From the sequence record OQ471969.1: DNA of 64,000 nucleotides. One strand, given 5' to 3'. Shown in pieces: positions 10,801 through 19,044 of the stretch. The position numbers and the translations under genes were made by a program. Source of the stretch: Acinetobacter phage vB_AbaM_ABMM1. The first letter of the stretch is position 1; each line of letters starts with the position of its first letter. Below the pieces are notes generated by a model. That model did not search any database, had not been told where the DNA came from, and saw only the letters and a program-made list of their open reading frames with translations.

Positions 10801-13800
10801 TTTTAATTAGAGAAGTGCAACTTGAAAAAGGTGAGTTAGCCACTGGTTTTAGAAAAAATCCTCGTGAACTAATTAAGGATCTTGAAGCTAATGCTTCTGC
10901 AATTGAGGGTACTAAAGCGGATGTTCAAAAAAACGGTGAGAAGATTACTTCACTTGCAGAGAATTATGCGACTTTAAAATCTACTGTAGACAATAATAAA
11001 ACTGCTGTAGATGGTAAGTTTCAGGAAATTAATTCAACTATTAGTGATAATCAACAGAACACCACACAGTCTATTAATAACTTGGAATCAAGTTATAAAC
11101 AATTAAATCAGGACCTTGGTCAAGTTTTCAATTACCGTGTTTATTCATGTGGCTGGAATGGCTTTTTCACAGGGATTAAAAACTTAAAGGGTGAAATCAA
11201 ATCAGTAGCTTCAGCTCGTGGTTTTTCAGTACATGTTTTAGCAGCTGATGGTTCTGTTGCTTCTTCAACTAGATATGATACTTATGCAGCTGTAGCAAAT
11301 GCTACGGCAATGAGTAACGCTATTGCTGCGATTCCAAATGACACCTTTGTTATCGTTACAAACTACGACAGTATTGGGGTAAACCTAGCACCAGTTAAGA
11401 ATGCACTAATTTCATTAGGTGCCAATCCATTCACACTTGATCAAATAACGGGTCGGGATGCATACATTTTAGTTGGTCAGAAGGGGATTGGTTCAGGTCG
11501 TGGTATAGAATTGCATGCAACACCAGATACTGGACCAAATGGGGCTAAGCAAATCATGCTTGCAGTCCAAGTAGTTAGTGGTATCCCGATTGGTCTGGCA
11601 AACAATAGTGGAAACTTACAAAAGGTTTTAGAAAACCACGCACAAATTCTTCAAGAAAAAATTACAAGATCTGATGCGAAAGAAGTATTTGCTGAGGAAA
11701 TCAAAGTTTTTAAAGCACAACTTGATACTTTACGTTACTCAGAAGAGAACTGGATTTTACTTGGTGATGATACTAAAAATTTAAGTATTTCTACTGGTAC
11801 AAACCGAACTGTAGCTGTTTGGGAACTGCAATATAAACACAAGGAAATTCCAATTGATAAGGGTGATCCAATAGTTGCGAGAATCAAATACACAGCAACT
11901 GCAGGATTAGTTGGCGCTACATGTAGTATTCAATTTCATGGTGCAACTTATAGTGTTGGGTTGCCTTCGTTTGTTGTAGCTGCAAGTGGTGAAATAGAAC
12001 TTACTGGTATTTTCCCATCTGATTTAAAAGCCTCTGCTTTTGAAGCTATTCCATTGGGTTTACGGTTTGATAATGCTCCATCTGGTGGAACATTTACTGT
12101 AACTAATATGTTTATTAGCCGGGGTAATTCAGCGCCAAATTTTAAGGGCGGATTTAGATCGTCTCTTAAACAAAATGCTCAATTTGTTGAAGATACTTTT
12201 ATCAAGGCTGATGTAAATAAAGGGGTTATAGCTCAGCAAATTCAACAATATGATGCAACTGTACCTGGTGGTTTATCTTCTGTAGTAAAAACAACAAAAG
12301 CTACAGCTGACCAAACATCAAAGGATCTAGCTACACTTAGAAATACTGAAATTTCTCAGCTTCAAACAAGTACAAATAATCTTGGTTCCGCATTAGAAAA
12401 CACAACAATGCTGGCGATGATGATTACTAATGGAAAATTGTTGCAGGGAGACGTAAATTTCAAAAAAGGTAACAATGGTGTATCTGTCTATAACAATGCC
12501 GGCAATGGGAACGTGACAGTTACTCGTGTCGCGAAAAGTGCTGATAACCCAACTACATCAACCTATGAAATTGAAATTAAAACCATTGGTGCTGCCAGCC
12601 CAACATGGGGTGGATTTGTTCAACTCGTTTATGGCCGTGCAAATGCTGTTTTTGTTATCAAGTATTTAATCAAGCTACCAGTTGGATATAAATTGGTGAA
12701 TGCTGGTAACGCAATGGGGACAGGGGCAATTGATCGATTCATTGGCAATACTGAGGGTACAGGCAAATTCGAAACATATATTCGAATGATTAAATGTGGT
12801 GCTGTAGGTTCTTTCTCTAACTCAGGACATGTTTATGTGGCGGGAGGATCTACACCAACAGCTACTGCGCCTTTAGTTTGGACCTTAGCCCAAATCGAGC
12901 AATATGACGTTACTGATTACGCTTCAGCTGACCCGACTTTACAGGACTTTGTTTCTTCAGCCACAGACTCTATATCAACATTAACGAACTTCAAAGAAAC
13001 TTGGGCTGCCAAACTTACTGAAATGTCTTCAAAATTAGACAGTAAAAACGGCGCTTATATTTTGAATGCGGATATAACAAATACTAATGTTGAGCGTGCA
13101 ATTGCAGCATCTTCACAGAAAATTACTTCTGAATATACCAATGCTATGAGTGTGCAGCCATTGAGTTCAGGTGCAGGGAAAATTTTCGTTAAGCCTTTAA
13201 CTTGGCGTCAAGCAATCACTACTTCGGGTACATTGGTTATTAAGACACCAATTACAGTTGGTGCGTACATGACCAAGGTTAAAATTTCTGGTTATAACTA
13301 CAATAACAAAGAAGATAATATTTTCGATCTGGATTTGGCATTTTATGCATATACGTCAACAGTGCCATTTTATTCGAATATGACCTCTCGTTCTTTTGGT
13401 ATCACTTTAGATGAAAGTAATGCTACGACTAAAGGTCTAGCTTTAGCTTTAGATAGCAATAATAAGGTGTGCATCTTAATTACCAAAAAATATGCTTGGT
13501 CTTACCCAGCAATTACAGTTGAGTCGGCCACTATTACTCATACAAATCCGCCAGATTACTTTAAAGATGGCTGGACGGCGGCCATTGAAACAGATTTATC
13601 AGTTTATAAGTCAGTTACGCCGTTTACAGTGACTTCAATGATGGAAACCACTGCAGGTTCACAAGCCAAAGTAGATGTTCCAATGTCTCAATTAAGTGAT
13701 ATTGCAGCTGATAATAAACTCACACCAGTTGAGAAAAAACAGGCGAAGTTGGTTTGGGATACACTTTATCAAACTGATGCAAGCTTGCGAGCTGAGGCAG

Positions 13801-15233
13801 TCACTTATGGTATATCTTCTACTGCCTATGCAACGGCATTCAGTACTTTAAATACATATTTAGCAGCTTTATTCGCAAATATGAATGTAACTAGTACGAT
13901 TGACCGAAACCAGTTCATTACTAACTTTGCGAACGTGCACAACGCACGACAAGCATTAGTACGTGCAATCTCGGAGAAGGCTAAAGAAATAGCTGATACT
14001 GCCAAGGACATAGCTTCTACTACAAAAGCAACATTAGAGCGTGATTACATGACGTCTACCAAGACGAATGAAGCAATCGCATCTTCAACAGAAAGAATGT
14101 CTGCACTGTATTCTGCAAATGGTCAAAAGATCATGGCTTCAGTACTCGAAACATGGCAAAAAGATTGGTTAGTAAAAACTCCAAGTGGGAATAGGCCTGA
14201 ACTTAGTTTAGTTGCAGATGCAACTTGTCGTGGGGGATATGCACTAAGAATTGGTAATAACGTAGGTAATGATGAAGCCTGGTTAAATTGGTTCACATCT
14301 TTGCCTATCGATGACAATAAATATTACCGAGTTAAGTATAGATTCCGCCGTGTAAGTGGTACCGGAGTTGTTTATGTTGGTGCGACCTGTCAAAACGCCA
14401 ATAAAACAAAATATATTGCTCAAGATAACTCTGAAATCAATGATATCGGTTCAAGTCACTATTTAGTCGCAGGTACCGCACCAGCGTTGGGAACTTGGAT
14501 AACCGGTACTGCTTATTTTAAGGGGCGATCTGCTGGTGCAAGTGCAGGTGCTGGCACTCTACTAAGCCCTAAAACATTTGCTAATAAAGCTGCTTTCTTT
14601 ACACCAGTATTCATTGGTAACTATTCCGGTAAAGCTGGTGAAGTGGATCTAGACTTTATCGATATTGAAGATGCTGACAACATTGCTGATTTTGAAAATT
14701 TCAAAACCACATATACAACTGATGTGGGAGCATATGCTGGTGCATTACAAACTTTGGTTTCTGTTTACGGCCAAAATGCTATCAAGCTTAAATCACAAGC
14801 TGATTTGATCGATGGTGTGAAAGGTAAGTACGTAATGGGAATGGATAATAATGGTGTGTTCTCTGGAATGTCTATGGTCAGCGAGCAAACGAATGGAACT
14901 GTGCTCAGTTCTATAGGTTTTCAAGCGGATAGAATTTTCTTCACAACTGGTTCTTCTTCTACTAAATATATGCCGTTCATAATCCAAGACAATCAAGTTG
15001 TGATGAACAGTGATGTATTTATTAAGAATTTGACAGCCGCAAACTTTAAGGCCAAGTCTCTTACAGCTGAATTATTCAATGTTGACAAGTTAAGTGCCAT
15101 AACTGGTGAACTTGGGACTTTAATTACTTATAAAGATCCTAGTCAGCCTCAAAAAGCAAGAATGGTCATTTCAGGGACCGCTTTAAAGTTATATGACGAT
15201 AACAATATTGAGAGAATTTATATTGGTTTATAA
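4878..15233 (+). CDS. Giant phage tail protein (central spike / host-specificity fibre fusion), 3451 aa
   Basis: Uninterrupted 10.4-kb ORF; N-terminus has a gpV/gp5-like OB-fold plus a GNSTLTGNSTVVGNTSVAGNSSVAG beta-helix repeat; a K/E/D-rich coiled coil follows; two internally duplicated domain pairs. Confidence 0.7.
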   Translation: MNGYKRAKILSYNAKGRTAQVHIHGLTDGASEGITATFAYPVGDSDLDTEIQIVDGEDVYVFFENGNEERPVIHSYVSHGDGAIVGVRRIRQDNIEFISKENLKVDSGTTVSIKTPLMNVQANTQQTGNSTLTGNSTVVGNTSVAGNSSVAGSMAVGTTLTVAGVPIDPKAIEGAFKDALNKLESLKEDLKEQGEKIDENKDQISQEIDEKIKEVEELIDNIKDSDAYKLLEEGINHIDEEVQKIHDQVKEVGQIAQNKVDEIRAYIDQEIIDTKLIVEQHANDANIRLDEANKRIDQSILANEELVADAQQRAIRAEKELDDKIGFIKRETDSIIADVRSDSDEIRLVAENAKKVADQEVLDRKKQAADTLIVIDQTKAALKQDIDQNLVKAGQMIDDAKLALGEETNTLINQKIEPIVSKTEAAVKKVDEFAAQYVELDKKVDSGFLAEAEARANDKEALTQSFELKFAEMQNELGKSNALISEESKTRAAQDKAITEQISIAQSQIGDNKAAINSVERTVVDLTKSVAEKTDQIQASLDTTNASLLSANELARMQSLGKPLRDDPTFLSGNGGLSAYVVPAGSTLTRQAKSTDNPVNSTHEMLLRSTSSLGGGWYPTVPTLVAAPNKTFLIKQIIKMPKGTYLLPVGNATGTGGYLRVLGNKEGTGKFEVYYSVVQCGYDAPAAIHGHFRVLAGTNPPLPSTSSPVDVILADYEVWDITALNDTIPKAWRDQITGNASYIEKVESSVKLVDEKLVSEAKKLEELKTDYNSNKTKTTSDLATITQSVSDGDKALSLRIDQTKAALEEADRQSNSNILEVTESLAEFEQSTTTKFTELDTSISKENLKVQGQIVDVQKSISTLESNTNTKISGLSSSLKTTDDIAKLAFDNAAEAQQTGTTAVKATEALSQNLLSLKSQTQVTTGVRAVVTAKGIDDWSTWRATGEAKVLQDSDAFGGYILELGNNAGNDEAWVHWKELVKINPDTLYRVRARFRRVAGENGSIYLGVACKTADQTKYVTTTNNLAADMGSSNYLLSAIKPNLGEWQEVVLYLKGKSTGAATGLGTIDNPRTFPAQAEFYAPMFIGNYAAQPGISQLNYIIVEDNNSLASANDATATANDLFKTATNRTEAEAERTSKLESRMQNAETGIQSNAQALLKTATKSDLDSAMGRVATDITAAVDNIKIGGVNAVANSEAPRSSTASTSREYLMYERSKELKAFYDENLDKPVTISFDVSVPVAGTVQVYSSNGSAHYFTTSVTVTKANEFQRFAVTVSPKVHTGSTTESTIEFYGTYGSGRIPTIQKLQIEAGNKATAWSPSPRDTQSSLNANAEAIKVTQAEVKKNGDTLSSQSIDISKLRNDLTLTNTEVGKKASSEALETTNSKVTEQAGQIKAVTEQSNTLSANLNKSAPAGTNLLINSNVVGTYNGVSYPHLRYKVGEDWEVGAKYTLLWCAEHTRGAGDTNSNLTVYAGGGSQWVQACPAGAGKVINKVTFTKSSAGTGREIQFYMINKPTADKNSVGTVYWAVLVKGEFITTDNWIASPYDFNAAFDQVSANLNEFKQTYVTESTALAKKTQNLESTINDPVNGLAAQAKQISDRMTKSDVDSAISTTTEALKTSIGGKAFDNIVVGGNVEKSKTGGYVQISYPLAKSLNAPGITVTVRAKVTFDNGGNNAANLRIYIGGANVFNADAPIFSASKDIFEFTLTTIARTDSTVVNFACFPNSSANANATTTVHWVEVFEGNNKALNDKVSTSTLIKDYSSKADTAQAITSATETLEAKFRQKFGDLWTNSSATLDSTRYTKTETNQAIAEESKIIKAAISTSGGDNIIKNGDFSSPLGTLNWRQNSAVAGNLLEVYKDSKGATWGHFKSTDTTTYFKGFIETLTLADGLEMNQKYTLSFKAMSLTAAQTQILLIIHRRDSSGSNNQIGTTWNNISTDKETLCTYTFDTNIINLQHINLILYSQVGFAPDFLIREVQLEKGELATGFRKNPRELIKDLEANASAIEGTKADVQKNGEKITSLAENYATLKSTVDNNKTAVDGKFQEINSTISDNQQNTTQSINNLESSYKQLNQDLGQVFNYRVYSCGWNGFFTGIKNLKGEIKSVASARGFSVHVLAADGSVASSTRYDTYAAVANATAMSNAIAAIPNDTFVIVTNYDSIGVNLAPVKNALISLGANPFTLDQITGRDAYILVGQKGIGSGRGIELHATPDTGPNGAKQIMLAVQVVSGIPIGLANNSGNLQKVLENHAQILQEKITRSDAKEVFAEEIKVFKAQLDTLRYSEENWILLGDDTKNLSISTGTNRTVAVWELQYKHKEIPIDKGDPIVARIKYTATAGLVGATCSIQFHGATYSVGLPSFVVAASGEIELTGIFPSDLKASAFEAIPLGLRFDNAPSGGTFTVTNMFISRGNSAPNFKGGFRSSLKQNAQFVEDTFIKADVNKGVIAQQIQQYDATVPGGLSSVVKTTKATADQTSKDLATLRNTEISQLQTSTNNLGSALENTTMLAMMITNGKLLQGDVNFKKGNNGVSVYNNAGNGNVTVTRVAKSADNPTTSTYEIEIKTIGAASPTWGGFVQLVYGRANAVFVIKYLIKLPVGYKLVNAGNAMGTGAIDRFIGNTEGTGKFETYIRMIKCGAVGSFSNSGHVYVAGGSTPTATAPLVWTLAQIEQYDVTDYASADPTLQDFVSSATDSISTLTNFKETWAAKLTEMSSKLDSKNGAYILNADITNTNVERAIAASSQKITSEYTNAMSVQPLSSGAGKIFVKPLTWRQAITTSGTLVIKTPITVGAYMTKVKISGYNYNNKEDNIFDLDLAFYAYTSTVPFYSNMTSRSFGITLDESNATTKGLALALDSNNKVCILITKKYAWSYPAITVESATITHTNPPDYFKDGWTAAIETDLSVYKSVTPFTVTSMMETTAGSQAKVDVPMSQLSDIAADNKLTPVEKKQAKLVWDTLYQTDASLRAEAVTYGISSTAYATAFSTLNTYLAALFANMNVTSTIDRNQFITNFANVHNARQALVRAISEKAKEIADTAKDIASTTKATLERDYMTSTKTNEAIASSTERMSALYSANGQKIMASVLETWQKDWLVKTPSGNRPELSLVADATCRGGYALRIGNNVGNDEAWLNWFTSLPIDDNKYYRVKYRFRRVSGTGVVYVGATCQNANKTKYIAQDNSEINDIGSSHYLVAGTAPALGTWITGTAYFKGRSAGASAGAGTLLSPKTFANKAAFFTPVFIGNYSGKAGEVDLDFIDIEDADNIADFENFKTTYTTDVGAYAGALQTLVSVYGQNAIKLKSQADLIDGVKGKYVMGMDNNGVFSGMSMVSEQTNGTVLSSIGFQADRIFFTTGSSSTKYMPFIIQDNQVVMNSDVFIKNLTAANFKAKSLTAELFNVDKLSAITGELGTLITYKDPSQPQKARMVISGTALKLYDDNNIERIYIGL

Positions 15234-15632
15234 ATGGCTACATTCTTATTAAGGGACCTCGGTGGCAACGTAGTCCTTGATCTAACATCTAATCTTAGTA
15301 TGTATACAGAAACGTTAAGTGTTGTCCTCCCGAAAGGTTCATCTATGGACACAATTGTACGAAAACTAGATACTGCTGAAAATCATCCAAGATGGTGGGC
15401 TTATGTAGCTTCTGGTGAAGTGTTATCTGCCAATAGTGCTGTAGTTGAGTCTTATTCAAATGGTATGGGATGTGCCATTTTGACTAAAGCTATGGCTATT
15501 GAGGCTAAGCTGGGCGATAAGATACTTAATCAAATGGATGATACTTCATCTTATTTATTAATTTATGATTGTAGAGCTTATTACAATACAGCTTTTCAGC
15601 AAACGGTTAGTATTCATATAGGTAAATGCTAA
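15234..15632 (+). CDS. Hypothetical protein downstream of the tail fibre (possible fibre accessory)
   Basis: 132 aa; start adjoins the giant-ORF stop. Confidence 0.4.
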   Translation: MATFLLRDLGGNVVLDLTSNLSMYTETLSVVLPKGSSMDTIVRKLDTAENHPRWWAYVASGEVLSANSAVVESYSNGMGCAILTKAMAIEAKLGDKILNQMDDTSSYLLIYDCRAYYNTAFQQTVSIHIGKC

Positions 15633-16402
15633 TGGCTGAATACATCAAAATTCTCAATGATAATAAAGTGACAATAATTGACGACAGCTATAGAAACTTT
15701 CACCTTATAAATAAGTTTGTTAGGGAAGTCGCTTCTTCAGACCCATTACCTCCTGCAGTGCTATCTGTATCTGGTTACGTTAAGTGTCATGTTTTGAATG
15801 TTACATCTTTACAAAGACCAATTGTGGTATTTACAGGCGTTTCTGTGATGCAGGTCAGATATGAAGAAATTTCCACAAATAATTGGAAAATAACTGTAAT
15901 TTTTGACACCTTAGACGACCAAGGAGGATTTAAATATAAGAATACTTTTCCTTTTACAAAAGCAACTTATTATGTATTTGGATTAATTACTTTATTAGAA
16001 AGTGGTCATTCGCCAAAATTACTAATTAAGAATGGTAAAGGTGAGATTGTATTTTCTAACTCCCACAATCCTTTAAAAGTAGTTAAAGCAGAAACTTTTT
16101 ATTTAAAAGGCAGTGCAAATTATTTTAGCTCATGGTTATCAGATATACCTGATTATAATGCTAATAAGACTTATGGCTTGGCTTTAGCTTGTCCAGCTCA
16201 TTATGAATATTATTGGGGAGTTGGTGGTTTGAGTTCTTATATGCATTCATACTGTACTATAAAGACTAACTCATATAGTGATCCAACTTTCTCAGGTAAG
16301 ATCCTTCGGGGATATACGATACTAGCTAATGGTATGAATACTTCAGCTAGTCTCTATTCTCCATTTCATAGTCATTTAATAGTTGATATTACTGGCTATT
16401 AA
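15626..16402 (+). CDS. Hypothetical protein (AT-rich)
   Basis: 258 aa; overlaps the previous stop; low-GC coding sequence. Confidence 0.4.
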   Translation: MLMAEYIKILNDNKVTIIDDSYRNFHLINKFVREVASSDPLPPAVLSVSGYVKCHVLNVTSLQRPIVVFTGVSVMQVRYEEISTNNWKITVIFDTLDDQGGFKYKNTFPFTKATYYVFGLITLLESGHSPKLLIKNGKGEIVFSNSHNPLKVVKAETFYLKGSANYFSSWLSDIPDYNANKTYGLALACPAHYEYYWGVGGLSSYMHSYCTIKTNSYSDPTFSGKILRGYTILANGMNTSASLYSPFHSHLIVDITGY

Positions 16403-16426
16403 AAAGCCCCTTATTAGGGGCTTTCA
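16401..16426. terminator. Bidirectional hairpin terminator
   Basis: aaaaagccccttattaggggcttt with A/T runs on both sides; separates the convergent genes 15626-16402 (+) and 16430-16624 (-). Confidence 0.6.
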
Positions 16427-16429
16427 TGT

Positions 16430-16624
16430 TTAAGCAGGCTGATCATTAACTGGTGGTTCTTCTACAAATGTGTAATTTACTGCTACCGACCCAGTCTCTA
16501 AATCCCAGCCTAGATTTAATGTTTTGAAAGCAGGACGGTTGTTAAAACGTTGAGCATTGACGATGTCTTGGGTTTTTTGAGCTAATTCAATATCCAAAGC
16601 ATTAAATACTTTAACTTCGGCCAT
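16430..16624 (-). CDS. Small hypothetical protein on the minus strand
   Basis: 64 aa; aggaaaag RBS upstream; lies between the terminator and the next plus-strand operon. Confidence 0.35.
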   Translation of the reverse strand: MAEVKVFNALDIELAQKTQDIVNAQRFNNRPAFKTLNLGWDLETGSVAVNYTFVEEPPVNDQPA

Positions 16625-16782
16625 GAGCTTTTCCTCTAATTAGATAAGAAATTTGTTCAGATAGAATTGCATGCAGTTAATTAATGGAATCTGTACGGTT
16701 CCAATTAACTTTGGAACCCATCTAAAAGTTAAAAATTATTAGTCATCAAAATACTTAATTATTTAGGTATTTTGGCTTAGTT

Positions 16783-18318
16783 ATGTCTTCTCGGTTCTTA
16801 TCGTTGTTACTCGGTGAAAATGTTAATTCATATGATCAGCAATTCGATACGTCTAATCAGGATGCAACAGCGCAGCTATATGAAACTATGGCTCCGTTTT
16901 CACTTGGGACTAACCAAACCAAAGCCAATAAGAAGCGTACTCGAAAAGAAATTCTTACTAAATGGGAGAGAATGTTACGCTTTGCACCTATCGCAGAGGG
17001 TATGGGGATTCATGTTTCTGCAGCCTTAGGCGGAGATTCTTATAGCGGCCAACAAGTCTTTATTACGCCCGCAGAACGGTTAAAAAAGGCGAATGGACCA
17101 GCAGCTGAAAAACTAAAAAAACAACTAGATGAGCGCCGTGTAAAGATGGAAAAGCTTATCAATAAGTATTTAAGCAAACTTGCCCGAGATGCTATTTCTT
17201 TCGGTGATTCCTATGCACGTATTTATGGGAAAAAAGATATAGGTGTAATTGACCTCGTATGCAATGAGTATACATATCCGCCATTAATACAACCGTTCGA
17301 ACAAGGCAGTAAGACTGTCGCCTTTTTTTGTTTAGATCCTCGTAATTGGCAAAAAACTATTACCAAACTGAATACTATTCAAATGGTACGTTTCAAAATG
17401 CCCCGTATGAGCAATATTGCTCAATATGAGCTTGTTGAAACTGGTCTTGTCACGAAAATGTTGGAGGGTGATGATCCAGATGAGCTACCAATCTTACCAG
17501 CGCATTTAGGCGGCTCATTTCTTTATGAGATTGAAGATATTTATGATGATGTAATCCTCGCTTTGGCATCAATGAATAGCCAGCAAATTGCAGATACCGT
17601 AAATCAGATGTTCTTGACAGTAAATATGTCAGGAATGCCGCCAGCACAACGTCAAGCCTATATCCGTGGTTTAGAAGGTTTACTCAAAAATCATGAGGCT
17701 TATGTCCGTGATGCTTTATCAGGTGGTGAAGCAGTCTGGAATACTGCTTTTCACATGCTTCCAGTATTTGATGAAAAACAAGTTCTAAATCCAGTGGGTG
17801 ATATCAAGAATCAACGAAGCTCACCTATTAATATTGAACAGTTCATGATTAATGTCCGTTTGTTAATGGGCGGTATAGGTCTAGACCCAAGTATGGTAGG
17901 GTGGGCTGACATGTTAACTGGTGGTATTGGAGAAGGTGGAGCATTCCATACTTCTGCACAAATCATGCGTAGGTCACAAGACATTCGAACAGCAGCTTCC
18001 GAAGGGATTAATCAAATTCTTCACTTGGATTGGGGTTTTGCTTATAACGAACAATTTGAGCCTGAAGATTACCCTTGGCAAGTTGAATATTATTCAAACC
18101 AAACTGCAGCAGCTACGGAAGAAATCAACAATGCTCAATCAAGAATGAATACAACATTACTTAAAACACAAGTAATCGCATCATTGAAAGAATCAAATTT
18201 AGATGTAGATATTATGGCGTACATTCTTGAGCGCGATACAGGTATGAAATATGAGGAAGCATTAACATTAGCTGAAAGTATTGCTAAGAGCCGTAAATTT
18301 CCAGAGGATGAAGAATAA
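16783..18318 (+). CDS. Large hypothetical protein with an acidic C-terminus (portal-like or virion protein; function unknown)
   Basis: 511 aa; first gene of a TAATG-coupled operon; no NTPase or nuclease motif seen. Confidence 0.5.
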   Translation: MSSRFLSLLLGENVNSYDQQFDTSNQDATAQLYETMAPFSLGTNQTKANKKRTRKEILTKWERMLRFAPIAEGMGIHVSAALGGDSYSGQQVFITPAERLKKANGPAAEKLKKQLDERRVKMEKLINKYLSKLARDAISFGDSYARIYGKKDIGVIDLVCNEYTYPPLIQPFEQGSKTVAFFCLDPRNWQKTITKLNTIQMVRFKMPRMSNIAQYELVETGLVTKMLEGDDPDELPILPAHLGGSFLYEIEDIYDDVILALASMNSQQIADTVNQMFLTVNMSGMPPAQRQAYIRGLEGLLKNHEAYVRDALSGGEAVWNTAFHMLPVFDEKQVLNPVGDIKNQRSSPINIEQFMINVRLLMGGIGLDPSMVGWADMLTGGIGEGGAFHTSAQIMRRSQDIRTAASEGINQILHLDWGFAYNEQFEPEDYPWQVEYYSNQTAAATEEINNAQSRMNTTLLKTQVIASLKESNLDVDIMAYILERDTGMKYEEALTLAESIAKSRKFPEDEE

Positions 18319-18971
18319 TGGCTTTTTTTGAATACGAAACACAGAATAAAACTATAAATAACAGTTTTGGAAACGTTTTAAATCCGTTTAAAGATCGTTT
18401 TGCTAAAAATCCTGTCTTATGGTCTGGTCTAACAGTGGATCGAGCTGTTTCCCATTATCAGGAACTTTACGCATTAGGAACACTTTCAGCTGCACATTTT
18501 GGAATAGAAATTCAGCCTTACCGTGCAAACAGTAAGATTGCTCAAGCGAATATTCCAATTTTTGATCCTTCAAATAAAGTTGCTTGGTTAGCCAATAATG
18601 TCGATGTATCACTACTTGATGCTCAAACCGATGCAGTGCATGTGGGGCACTTTCAACTCAACCATGTAACAGGTAATGCGTCAAATGAGTTGAGTATTTC
18701 ATTTATTGAGACTAAAGATGCTGCAATTGCGAATAGTGCTAAAGCTATAAAAGATATAATGTTTAATAAGGATGGTACTCAGCCGCCACCAATTGAATAC
18801 TTAATGCGATTAAAAATATATGCTTTTGATAAAGCTGCAAGAAATCAAAACCAATTTGAAATTGAGCATCTAGTTTCACTTCAAGCAGGCAATTTGCCCC
18901 TTGATGCCTCTAATAAAGCACATACCATTGTTACTTTAAATTTCATCAAAATGTTTCCCAACTTAAAATAA
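18318..18971 (+). CDS. Hypothetical protein
   Basis: 217 aa; start overlaps the upstream stop. Confidence 0.5.
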   Translation: MAFFEYETQNKTINNSFGNVLNPFKDRFAKNPVLWSGLTVDRAVSHYQELYALGTLSAAHFGIEIQPYRANSKIAQANIPIFDPSNKVAWLANNVDVSLLDAQTDAVHVGHFQLNHVTGNASNELSISFIETKDAAIANSAKAIKDIMFNKDGTQPPPIEYLMRLKIYAFDKAARNQNQFEIEHLVSLQAGNLPLDASNKAHTIVTLNFIKMFPNLK

Positions 18972-19044
18972 GCTATGGAACTCATTGGCTTTATAGATTC
19001 ACCTAATTGAGAAAATATCCTCAAATTAAAATGAGGATAACTCC

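Noticed and set aside
16814-18612. Nested ORFs 16814-17029 (+), 17450-17647 (-), 17921-18148 (+) and 18403-18612 (-)
   Set aside because: They are embedded in or antisense to the longer coupled ORFs, lack start-site context, and have biased translations.
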